64,000 bases of DNA from Felis catus. Taxonomy: Eukaryota. A program made the position numbers and the translations under genes. Position 1 is the stretch's first letter; each line of letters opens with the position of its first letter. Shown piece by piece: positions 50,204 through 62,375 of this stretch. The notes beneath the pieces are model-generated. The model saw nothing but the letters and a program-made list of their open reading frames with translations. It made no database searches and was not told where the DNA came from. Location of the stretch: positions 46,006,001-46,070,000 of the forward strand of contig NC_058368.1 in the NCBI RefSeq assembly GCF_018350175.1. Direction: 5' to 3'.

Positions 50204-52653
50204 CTCTCCTTACTTTTTAAATGAGATAATGTATAGATCCCACAATGCACAAATGTACTGGCCTTCTCCCTAGCTGATTATGTCCCCAATGACTATACCA
50301 TTATCCACCAATTTGCCTCAAGTACTGTTGAGTACTTACTGCCTCAAGTACTATAAAAGAGATCTTTTCCCCTATGATTACTACCCCACAACTTTATGGT
50401 ATCAAAACTAAATAATCTAGTAAACTAAATAAATTATATGAAATTAAAACATACTGTTTTAAACTATGTCCAATATTGTTCTGACTATCTTTATTATATA
50501 TTGTTATTTTAAGGCTCCTACTCTTCTCAGAGCTACTTTGGAAAGAGGAAGGACAATTTAAATGCAAAATGCCTTTTTTTTTTCCAAAGAGGGTGTAAAC
50601 CTATAAATGCATCATTGCACCCGTGGATGAATCTTTCATAAAAATGGAAAGTGAGTAATGAGGTGCATCTATCTCCCCAGTATGATTACTTACGAAATTC
50701 AATGGCAGGCACATTCCTCTATGATTAAATAATTCTTGACAGTTCTCTGCCAAATCTTTTTTTTTTTTTTTAATTTACACTTGGGTTTTATTTGTGAATG
50801 TTTTTATACCAGATTCCATGCATTCAAACATTCCTCTTATCTGTCCCATGAATGAACTAAAATATTTGTCTTATCGCTTCTTACTATTTAGTTCCATAAA
50901 TAATAACTAATTTGGAGGCTGACATTGCTCAAAAACCCTTGCTTATTTTGAAGTAGGTAGATGACATTGGATTTTTAACATCCCTACCCTAAAACCAATT
51001 TATCCTTTGAAATAACAACATTCTTAAAATGTATATACGATATACTTAACATCTTGATACTTATTTATCTATGTAGATCCATCGATGCTCAAAAAGTTCA
51101 TGGGGATGTTCTTTACTCTTGAGGCACAGACTGGGCATGGATATAGCAAAGTGTCCACTAGGGAGAGCTGCCTTACAGCATACCACAGCTACCAAGCCTG
51201 CGACACTGGCTAGCTCTCCATCATCAGTAACAGTAATGGAAAATACAACAGTAGTTTTCCCAACCACATAAATTTAGTAATAGCATCTTCACAACACCCA
51301 GTATCATTATGTGATTATATTTGTGATTCACAGGTGTCTGGAACTGCATAAATCATCAATTTTGGACTTCACTACCATTTCGGTATGGAATGAGCCATGT
51401 TCCAAACCATTTTTACTTTCCAATTCTCCAATCCTCTTTGGCGGTTTAAAAGTAACTTTATAATAATAATATCCTTGATTATTAGGGAAAAATGCTATAT
51501 CAATCGCGTTAAATATTGTAAAAAGTTGAGTCATTTAAAAAAATAGATTTACAGAGAAAGGAATACTTTTAAAGGCAAAGCCCTGCCTTCAAATGTTAAG
51601 CATTTGTTGATGAAAAAGCAACTGCAAAACTACATGGCTTTAATTGTGGTACAAGTAAATAAACTCGACCACAAGAAAGGTGGGCATATATCTTAAAGAT
51701 TATCATATCATCCTTATATTCAGGATCGGCACTTTCAAATCACTGTGTCCATGTTAATAAGGAACAGAGAAAGTCCGTATTGGATTTTGTGTTGTAGGAT
51801 CATTTTAAGCACAAGTTGTTTTATCTCAAAAGAGGAAGAACTAATCCAAATCGCTCAGTTTGACGAGGAAAATAAAATTATCCACCTAATATGCATAATG
51901 TAGACATACCTCCTAAGACTGGATGTGTTTAAAAGCATAGCATCACTGATTTTATCCTATCAAACCTTCTAAATTATAATATTCAAAAGTAGTACAACTT
52001 GAAATTACTTTGGCTTAATATATTTATACCATCGGCCTCACTTACATGTGTCTGTTGATTTGTGTGCAACATTCAATAGTCTTTTTCTCTTTTTCCTGTT
52101 CTCTGCTTTTACTTATTATCCTTCCACATCATTTAGCGTTGCTTCTAGCCTGACAATTTTTCTATTTTGCAATCGAGTTTAAAGAGAAATGTTATTAAAT
52201 CAGGGAATTCCATAAATATTGGTTAAAAGATATAAATAGGCTGTCTTTGGTATTTGTCAACATAGAGTTCTTTCAATTAAAATATTTCCTGGCTACCACA
52301 GCGTGGAAGCTGCGGAAATTGGCTTCACATCCAGCTGGCTGATTCAGTAAGAAATCAGCTGGCCTCAATTTAGATTTCTTTTCTTTTAAAGCAGTGCCAA
52401 ATTGAGGATTAGTACATTGTGGAGAGGGAGGCGGGCAGCTCCACCCCTGATCGGCCATTCTTCATTCCCTAGAATGGGCTTGCCTTCCTAGCCCCAGCTG
52501 TGCACTGAATTAATCTACACAGGGAGCTTCTCTATCTACACCATTTTCAACATCCTCATCAAGGTCCTGCATCACTTCTGACAAAAGTAAAATGTGGCTC
52601 TGCTGCCTTGATTTGGGAGACTTTACTCAGGCTTAAATATAAACAGCCATATG

Positions 52654-52656
52654 CAC

Positions 52657-52691
<35 letters not shown>

Positions 52692-52702
52692 CACACACAC
52701 AC
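52654..52702. repeat. Interrupted (CA)n microsatellite
   Basis: Direct reading. Confidence 0.95.
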
Positions 52703-53182
52703 CAGAACTGTAATCGCATGTTACGAAGATAGTCAAAAGTTGACCCAAATCTTAGGAAACTTGTGTGAGAGGATAATAGACAAGAGCAGTTCTGCAGAAC
52801 TGGTCTGTCTCAGGGAATGAGTGTGATTTTACTCCCCCAGAAATTGTTCTTCCAAATTAAGTGTGTAAGAATAATTATGCTAGCAACTAGCCTGAGAAGG
52901 GGCACTTATTCTTTCTGTTGTCATGTGTGAATGTTTATGTTATTACCCCATCACTGCCCTCTTCTTACAGTAGCTTATACTCAAGTCACCCAGGCCAAAG
53001 CCTAGCACAGTAATATTGTCATGTTCTGCTTTGCAGCTTCACAGAGCCCATGGATGAACTAAGTGACTTTGTGGACTCATCTTATTTTTGTACCAATAGG
53101 ATGATCACATGAAGAAAATTTTCTTGTGGGTTATTGTTTCTATAAACTGTGACATTTTTAACAAAATTCTTAATCCCTATTT

Positions 53183-53392
53183 GTAAATTTGTTAATGTTT
53201 ATTTTTGAGAGAGAGACAGAGTGCTAGTGGGGGAGGGGCAGAGAGAGACAGGGAGACACAGAATCTGAAGCAGGCTCCAGGCTATAAGCTGTCACCACAG
53301 AGCCCAACGGGGGGCTCGAACTCACTAACCGTGAGAACTCCGGAACCTGAGCCGAAGTCTGATGCTTAACTAACTGAGCCACCCAGGTGCCC
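53183..53392 (-). mobile_element. Can-SINE
   Basis: GAGCCACCCAGGTGCCC end; degenerate TSD AATCCCTATTT / AGTCCTTATTT. Confidence 0.93.
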
Positions 53393-53680
53393 AGTCCTTA
53401 TTTTTGAAGTATTATTGATGATAATGACTAAGAAAATTGTTACGACCTCACTCCAACTGTGAGCCCGCTAAACACCTTTGATTTAGTCTTGGTTTATATA
53501 ATCCTCTATATGTAGACTTCGAAAGTACATCACTGTCTCTACCTTTATAAATATCCACAAAAGAAAGTATATTCATATGAATTAAGATTTTTAAAGAAAA
53601 CTAAAGACAATACCAAAAGAATTTTAGCAGAGAGTATCTTTATTTCAGCTCATTTTCCTGATAGCTTAGGATTTACTTTT

Positions 53681-53906
53681 TTTTTTAATTTTTTAACGTT
53701 TATTCATTTTTTGAGAGACAGCGAGAGACCAAGCATGGATGGGGGAGGGGCAGAGAGAGAGAGAGAGAGGGAGATGTGGAATCCGAAGCAGGCTCCAGGC
53801 TCTAGACCGACAGCACAGAGCCTGATGTGGGGCTCGAACTCACAAACCGTGAGATCATGACCTGAGCCGAAGTCAGACACAACAGACTGAGCCACCCAGG
53901 CACCCC
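53681..53906 (-). mobile_element. Can-SINE
   Basis: TSD AGGATTTACTTTT on both sides. Confidence 0.95.
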
Positions 53907-55049
53907 AGGATTTACTTTTTAATTTGATTAAGTGAATAGAAAATATACATCTAGAGGAGCTCGCGATTAGCCATCCTATGAAGACCTATAGCAATCATAC
54001 TAGTGGAATTAATATCCTAATAAAAACATATTAATATAAAAACTTAGCAAAGATGTTACTAATGAAGAATATTTATAAGCATTTTCAGGCCTTGGACATA
54101 TGCACCTGTAACTATGACTACATTTCATGTATTTCCTTAGTTCAATTTCTTGAAAACCACTGGTTCTTAAACCTCTTCCAGGGCCAAGGTCAACAGCTAC
54201 TGCTCTTTACCAGCAAAGCTAAGTCACTGAAAGTTGTTTTAGCTTTCAGGTTTTCCTTTTGATTTCCGTGAGTTTTGTAATAGTAGGCTTTAAAGTTATC
54301 AAACCTTCATCTATGAAAAATTTATCTAAGGTGGTTGAAAAAACAGGGGATCCACTTGCAAATGTCAGGTTATGTGTATTGACATAAAATAAGAATTACA
54401 TAAAGAAATGAAAAGTACAATGTTAGTCACATTGTTGTTTTCTGCTTTTTCCTGGCTGAAATAGAAACTTCAAATAAAAGAATTGACTTGTAAATGTGAA
54501 TGTCAACCCAGTTCACACAGAAAGCATATCTGCCTCCCCTCTTTTCAGAGGTGAATTTAAAAATCTGTATTATATTTGTGTTTGGAGAGACACAAAAACA
54601 ATAGCAGGAAGAAAACAGGAAAATAAATGTATCTATGGATCAAAAAGCAATTTAGATAGCAATTGCTTCTGTGGAGATGAAATAGTTTCTGGTGCCAGAC
54701 TAACAGTAGAAAAAAGTCATATGGATCCTTTGCCACTGTGGTGTTGTATGTGATCTCATAGGAAAACAGAGGGAAGTGCTTTTCATTTTTGGCCAGAGTG
54801 CCTGAAAATATACAAGGAATGAGGAGGAAAACACGGTGACATCAATGGTCATAAAAATATGACCTTCATATTGATAGAATAAGACAAATATAAAAGGTTT
54901 CCCCAGCACCTGGCATTTAAACATTAAAGGAAGTTGTAAGGACAGCCTACTGTTTTACAATGGGCCTATTATGTGTGTTTCCAAAGATTCCTGATATTCA
55001 CATTTTTGAGTCACTGAGAATTTGGTATATACCTCAGAGGAAAAAACCC

Positions 55050-55452
55050 TTACAAACTATACTGAACATGAGTCATTTATGCCACTTTGGGTAAAAATGT
55101 TGTGAATTTGTATTGGAGAACTATCTCTCCCATTGGTAACAGTCTGGTCCTTCTGCCAATCCAAGAGCCTGCCCCTACCAATAAGTCGTATTCAATAAAC
55201 TAGTCTCTCTGCCTGGAACTGAAAGTTCCACATGAGATTAAAAGACTGGAGATCCTGGGGCTGGTTTTACCTTAAAAGAATTGTCCCTCAGTTCCTGCTA
55301 CGTGAATTTGGGAACTATATAGCTGTACTTGAGTTCAGTACATTTCAAACCTTTCCCTCAGTTTTCCCTCCACTCACATTCATGACTTTCCCATAAGTTT
55401 TTTTTCCGTTTACTTAAGTTATCCAGAGTTAATTTCTAATACCAAAGAACAA
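55050..55452 (+). mobile_element. Possible ancient ERVL-type LTR remnant (LTR16/LTR33-like)
   Basis: End resembles …TTACTTAAGTTATCCAGAGTTAATTTCT…ACCAAAGAAC; weak recall-based match. Confidence 0.35.
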
Positions 55453-56019
55453 AATGTGACATAAAGTAGTTAGCTTTGTATGCATTGATAAAATTACAGT
55501 GACAACTTTATTGAAGAAAAGAATAATGCACTAACTATACCATTAATTGAATGCATTTATTCTATTTGAATTCAGTACTCCAACCAAATTAATAATAACA
55601 ACAACAACAACAACAACAACATTAAATGAAAAAGCTAGTGTGTCTCCTTTTTATGTGATCCCACTATGGGTTAACACTTACCTAATTATGTCCTCCTCAT
55701 TTCCTAGACAGTTTGAACAGGGTTTTGTTGGAGAAATTGAGAACTAGTAGCTTTTGAGGAAAGATGCATTTATCTGGACACAGAATAGCCCTGAAAGACT
55801 TTTTTTACTGAAAATGGTCCATTATAATATTTTCTTTATACTGTATTTTAAATACAATAAATTATAAACATTGTTGGAGCTTGCTTAAGGAGAAAAAAGG
55901 CATGCAACATACACGTATACATACATACGAACTTGTTTATATATACTTTAAAAAATAAAGTTTCTGTAAGTTTAGTCATTCGGAACAGCGTTAGTTATTT
56001 GGGAGATTTAAAAAAAATT

Positions 56020-56562
56020 CACTTTTCCTTCTTTACCAACATGATTTTTGAGGGTGGGTAAAGAGCAACATTCCCATATAAAAAATTTCATTTGATACCT
56101 CATCACGTGGTAGAAAGGCCACGTGACCAACTTCTTGCTTGTATAATGTTGGTGGAGGTTTTGATGGGGGCTTCCAAGATAGCTGCTAACAAAGCGATCT
56201 GACTCCGTTGTTAGGTACCTTTAGCCAATCTACTTCTTTCTTGTAGTTGTTGTAGATTTTACTCCTTATTATTGGCTGGAATATATATGTGATTCCTTGG
56301 TCTTTAGCAGTCATCTTACTTACAACCACAGATTGAGTATGAAAGCTTTAAAGCATGAAGTATACCAGGCTTCAAGCATGCTAGAGAGAAAAACAGACTG
56401 AAAGAGCTTAAAACATTCCTGAGGCTCAACCAGAAAAGCTTCTATATAACACCTTGGATTGTCCACCTCTGCACTTACTTTATGAAAGGAAAAAATAAAA
56501 CAAAACAACCACCCTCTATCTTGTTTAAGTCATTATTTTTCAAATCTCGTATTTGTAGCTGA
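56020..56562 (+). mobile_element. MaLR MLT1-type LTR
   Basis: GGCCACGTGACC; GCAGTCATCTT; TCTTGTTTAAGTCATTATTTT…TTTGTAGCTGAA end. Confidence 0.6.
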
Positions 56563-56756
56563 ATTTTTCTAGGAGTCTATAGAGTCATGAACATGTTTTG
56601 TTCCCCTGAAATATCTTTTGATACAGCTCTTAAAAAATTTTAGATGTGTTTTTGGTAGCGATTGCTGTAGAATTGTATTTAAGAAGTTAGATTTCACATT
56701 GAACACTGGAGGTTCATATTCTAGATCTTTTACTGAGTAATTTTGCATTACACAAA

Positions 56757-56978
56757 TTTTTTTAATTTGGGGGTTTATTTGTTTTAAATGCTTATTTTTG
56801 AAAGAGACAGTGCATGCGTGAACATGGGAGGGGCAGAGAGGGGGGGACAGAGGATCTGAAGTGGGCTGAAGCAGGCTCTCTGAAGACAGCAGGGACCATG
56901 ATGCAGGACTCAAACTCAGAACTGTGAGATCATGACCTGAGCCAAAGTTGGATGCTTAACTGACTGAGCCCATACTCC
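56757..56978 (-). mobile_element. Can-SINE inserted in the tail of the adjacent SINE
   Basis: TSD CAAATTTTT on both sides. Confidence 0.9.
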
Positions 56979-56984
56979 CAAATT

Positions 56985-57197
56985 TTTAAAAAGTTTTTAA
57001 ATTTACTTTTGAGGGAGAAAGAGAGACAGAGTACAAGGAAGGGAGGGACACAGAGAGAGGGAGACACAGAACGTGAAGTACGCTCCAGAATCTGAGCTGT
57101 CAGCATAGCGCCTGATGCGGGGGTTGAACTCAAGAGCCCTGAGATCATGACCTGAGCCAAAGTCGGAGCTTAACTAACTGAGCCACCCAGACGCCTC
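56985..57197 (-). mobile_element. Can-SINE
   Basis: GAGCCACCCAGACGCC end. Confidence 0.92.
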
Positions 57198-60116
57198 ACC
57201 CTGATATTTTTTAGCCTCAGTTTCCTCTTCTATAAATTGAAAAATAATATTTATAATATCTACACCAGAAAATTGTTCTGAGAATCAGAAGTGCTTCTCC
57301 CAGTGCCTGACAATTTTAAGTACTAAATGGACGATAGTTATTATAATAAATAATATGCATGCAAATGGTAGCACTGCCCCAAAACATAGGAAATGACACT
57401 TCAACTTTTCAGAAAAAGATGCTAGATTGTATTTATCTAAAAGTGCTCCGCGGTCTAATCACTCTTGAACAATATTTACAACTGTTTAGACATAACTAGG
57501 TATGATCAATAGTTAACCGGCAAAAAATAAAAATTACATGAGAATCAAATTGATGATTTTGGCCCCTTCATAATGTTGCATCCTAATCAAGTGACAGGGA
57601 ATAAAAACATACCACCTTCAAAATCACGAAAACCGAGAACCGTGTCTCTTTCAAACTTCGATCTGTTTCATCTCTCAATACCATATGTACCCACAAAAGC
57701 AAAGAGTAATACGAATTGCAAATTGAGCAATAAAAATTATCATTCAGCTCTAAGAAAAAAATATCTGTATTTCCATACATTATATGTCTAAGGATTATTT
57801 CTCCTCAGATATGTACTTTTACGTTAGTTCTTTTCCTCACTTTTAATATACACACCCACTTATATCACTGGCAAATGAGATCTTTTAAAACTAAACCTTT
57901 TAAAGCTGTTTCTCAGCTACATTACTTACTTTCAGAACTTCCTATTCCTGACTTTGAAGACATCAATCATTTATCCTCATTTATATACGATGGTCCTCAC
58001 AACCATCGTGGGCATCGCTTACCATATCAAGGTAATAAGGTCTTAGGAAAACAGGACTTCCTAATAGAATTTCAGATAGCCAGATAGGTGCACTATGACT
58101 TAAATATCATTTCCTGTGTAACTGCCATTTATATAAAATTAATAATTAATTAATTTGATATTGCTAAGGGGGCAAAATATTGCTTAGGAAAATTTGTTTG
58201 CTGTGTTTTATTTTATTGTATCTAGAATGATTTGGAGCTACCGTTTCAATTACAGTTCTCATCCCCCTTCTTGGGGTAGCTAGTAAACTAACTTTCTTAA
58301 ACTCTCTAGCCACAAGTATCATGTTTTTCTTCTCCCCTGGATTCCGGTAAGATAGATATACCATTAAGAAGGCCAACAGTAACAGTGAAATTCCTGCTCC
58401 CTTTTTAAATCCACATCTACAGAAGTAAGAAATTATCAACATTAGAGAGTCAAACTCTGCAGTTCACAGTTACTCATATGTGAATCCTGCTACGGTGGGA
58501 GTATTCCAAAGGAGTCTAAAGTAAACAAAAATTTAGATTGGGATAGCAAAAGAAATGAAAATTCTACTTTGGGGAGACAAGGGAAAACAGGATTTAGTGC
58601 ACCATATTAGTGTGAGATTTGTTTATTTAAATAGCTTATTATATTTGCATTTTGATGACTCTTATTTCCACACTCTGCTTTCCTAACACTTTCCCACAAA
58701 TAAGAAAGTGTGTTTTTCTGCACCTCTACACTAATGATTCCTCACTCAGCAAGGCTTGCATTTATTAAAGCTTTTTATTGCCACTTTGCTTAAAGAGGTG
58801 TTTGAACTCTAGCAGGTAGGCAAATCCAGAGGGGAAATTCATTTGAAAGTATTCATAATGGAATACAACAATGAAAAACAAAATTATTGCTGTGGACTAC
58901 AATTTTTGGTCTCGTCAGATACATTAGATTTTTGCACTTTGACTCAAGAATATGAAATACATCTTCTCTTAGGTTCAAATATCTAGCAGCATGAGAAATG
59001 TCTTCTCATTTGTCATTATGTAAGCATAAAAATTAAATTGGAATTAGGACATGACCTATTGGGGATATAACAATATAGACTCATTATTTCTTTCTCTTCA
59101 ATAAGAAAGTATTCTGAAGAAAATGCATAGTGCTAGTATAAATCAACTCTATGTTTTCAATAAATGATTCAACCAATCTTGAAAAATACTATGTTTTCAT
59201 AATTATTTCTTATTGAAAAGTATTTTCTTTTTATTTCCTATCATTTTCTTAATGAAACTTAGTGGAATAATATAAATAATAGTGGACATCCTCATATCTT
59301 GCTGAATATCTTCCTCTTGGAAACATTTACACTTCCCTGTCTATGATGCCCTCATAGATGGACACATGTGTTTAGTTCTTCATAGGAATAGTGACAACTC
59401 AATTTTATTGTAAGGTGAGTCATGAATGTTCCAAAGTCTTTGAATTATCTAGGCCAGAGAAGTCTTGAGCCTCAAAATTCCTTTTCTGGCTTGGCTTCTT
59501 TAGGTTTTAGCATTCAACCGTCATTTATTGCATGTCTCTTTTAAATGATAAAATGTTCTGGTACCCTAAAGTGAAAGAAGCATGGATGAAACTCTGAAGG
59601 AACATACCTGAACCTGAACCTGAACCTGTTAGGTTACTACTAACCTGAACAAGAACTGACAGCATTACATTTTCAGAAAACAGAAAGTACAGAGTTCCTA
59701 GTTTGAGAGAGGATGCTTTGAAAGTCTTCAATGGGGACATTGTCAAGATGAGCAGGATATAGAAAAAAAAACATTCAGTTTAAGAATGTGCAGACAGAGA
59801 AGACTCAACTCACATTTTTTTTTGTTCAGGAAGTCGTGAGCTGTCTTTTTTTTTTAGCAATAAGGTAAGCTATGAGGTGATGATGAGGCAAAGCAGAAAA
59901 TAAGTTTATGAACATGTTGTATGTTTTTCTAAGTCACTATTACAAAGTTGTGATTTTTATTTGTCTTATTTGTACTTCAGTCAATGTACGTTACGGTTAA
60001 GATCAGCTCAGGTGGTGTTATAAAACCATTTTTCCATTTTATGAGAGCGGTTCTATTTCTCCTTGCTTTATCTAAGAGAGCAAAGGAATATTTTCCATTC
60101 AAATGGGCTTTCATCT

Positions 60117-60493
60117 GCTCAATGTCACTCATCATCATGGAAATACAAATCAAAACCACAATGAGGTATCACCTCACACCTGTCAGAAAGGCTAGTATCA
60201 AAAAGACAAGAAATAATAGGTGTTGGCAAGAATGAAGAGAAAAGGGAACCCTCATGATCTATTGGTGCGAATGTAAACTGGTGCAGCCACTGTGGCAAAT
60301 GGTATGGAGGTTGCTCAAAAAATTAAAAACAGCATTACCATGTGAGCTATTAATTCCACTACTATTTACCAAATAAAATGAAAACACTAATTCAAAAAGA
60401 TATATGCATGCCTATGTTTATTGCAACATTATTTAGAATAGCCAAGATATGGAAGCCACCCAAGTGTCCATCCAAAGATGAATAAAGGAGATG

Positions 60494-60544
<51 letters not shown>

Positions 60545-61010
60545 GGAGCATTGTTCAGTCATATAAATGAATGAGACTTTGCCACTTGCCACAACATGGT
60601 TTGACCTAGAGGACATTATGCTAAGTGAAATCAGTCAGGCAGAGAAAGACAAATACAATATGATTTCACTTACACGTAGAATCTAAAAAACAAAACAAAC
60701 AAACAAAAAGCAGAAATAGACCCATAAATACAGAGAACAAAGTGATGCTTGCCAGAGAAGATGGCGTAAGGAGATGAGCAAATGGGTGAAGGGGAGTGGC
60801 AGGTACAGGCTTCCAGTTATGGAATGAATAAGTCACAGGAATGAACGGTATAGTGCTGGGAATATAATCAGTGGTACTGTAATAGTGTTGTATGGTGACA
60901 GATGGCAGCTACACTCGTGAGTATAGCATGACCTATGGACTTGTTGAGTCACTATGTTGCACCCTTAAAACTAATGTATCATTATGTGTCAACTACACTT
61001 CAATTAAAAA
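60117..61010 (+). mobile_element. 5'-truncated L1 3' end with internal (CA)n at 60495-60543
   Basis: [21 protein letters not shown]…NNRCWQ motif, complete 3' UTR, A tail; degenerate TSD AAATGGGCTTTCATCT / AAATGAGCTATTATCT. Confidence 0.93.
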
Positions 61011-61839
61011 AAATGAGCTATTATCTCCTTATATTGTGTCAAGTATGGCACCCCTGGGTTGGAAAGCTCTTACTTCAGGATATTCTAATGCCTGAAATTT
61101 TTAAGCAGCGGTTGGAGTAATATTTAGTCAATGGCTGAATATCCCAAGTCCATACAGGATTTTATGTATCAATCTTATATAGACAGCTGTTCCAAAGTAC
61201 AAAATACATGTGGAATTGCCCGGTAAAGACATGTTAATATAACCTAAGTCACTTTTCTGATTTAGAAAATCATGTAGCCATCTAAGTTCTTTGACATTTG
61301 AGATCAGAACCATCCAGAATTTCTATTTGAGTTCTTTTAGGCCCCTTGGGGAGTCAGAGTTGACTTTGCTTCATGGAGTAAAATGTATTTCCTGCTTTTA
61401 CCTCCACACTGATTTCCCTGCACTTCAGTCCCAGTAGACAGCTTATATAAAACACACAAAAATGGCTAATACCTTTTATTCCACGAGGAGAGGAACTTCA
61501 TCCCATCTCTACCCACCTCTACCTTGTCCTAGTGTCTTAATCTGGCTGATTTTATTCCCAGGTACCAAATGGTGAGCCTTATAACTATTTCTCCCATTTC
61601 AGGCTTCAGTTGCTAGTGCAGCTTCTTAATATGTTCTTCTAAGCATTACCCTCAATATTTTAGGTCTCTGGTAACTCCTGGAAGATGCTATTCTGAATTC
61701 CAGTTCTCTCATTTAGTAGTAAGCATTTGCTCTCCATTACTTCCTATAAACATTCTCAATTTCTCTATTCTCCTGCTGACTCATCAAGGTGCTTTTCAAA
61801 GACTTAAATAAACATGAACCCTGCCTTCTCATCCCAGAA

Positions 61840-62075
61840 AGCAAGACTTGACATTCTCTAAGTTTCACTTAGGGCTTTCTTCTTTTGCAGAAACCTACCA
61901 TATGCAGCATGGAATCATTTGTACATATAGGCTTCTTCATCATAGAGGTAATGCTTATTTAAATTTGTATTCCCAACACCAGCACAATGTTGAACACTTA
62001 ATAAATGTCCAGCAAATGCTTTCTGATTCAGTGGAAGGAAGAGAGAAAGGAAGGCAGGCAGACAGGCAGGCACAG
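61840..62075 (+). mobile_element. L2 3' fragment, degraded
   Basis: TTTGTATTCCCAACACCAGCACAATG…ATGTCCAGCAAATGCTTTCTGA. Confidence 0.5.
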
Positions 62076-62151
62076 TGATCCTATTAAATTTTAGTATTTA
62101 GAGAATAGTTATTTTCTGTTTTTCCAAAATGCCCTGTAGTCAATATATTCT

Positions 62152-62375
62152 TTTTTTTTAAATTTTTTTAATGTTTATTCATTTTTGAGATACAGAGAGA
62201 GAGACAGAGTACAAACGGGGGTGGGGCAGAGAGAGAGGGAGACACAGAATCCGAAGCAGGCTCCAGGCTCTGAACTGTCAGCACAGAGCCCAATGCGGGG
62301 CTCAAACTCACAAACCCTGAGATATGACCTGAGCCGAAGTTAGATCCTTAACTGACTGAGCCACCCAGGTGCCCC
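62152..62375 (-). mobile_element. Can-SINE
   Basis: GAGCCACCCAGGTGCCCC end; TSD TATATTCTT. Confidence 0.95.

Larger units (their letters stand above)
56690..57345 (+). mobile_element. MIR split by two SINEs
   Basis: AGCCTCAGTTTCCTCTTCTATAAATTG core and CAGTGCCTGACA…TAGTTATTAT end. Confidence 0.7.

Noticed and set aside
51061..51534. Short ORFs in a GC-richer unique patch
   Set aside because: No recognisable domain or consistent exon boundaries
58164..58442. Minus-strand 92-aa ORF with a hydrophobic stretch and an acceptor-like TTTCTTACTTCTGTAG
   Set aside because: No recognisable homology, no convincing donor or partner exons; a non-coding exon cannot be excluded without RNA-seq
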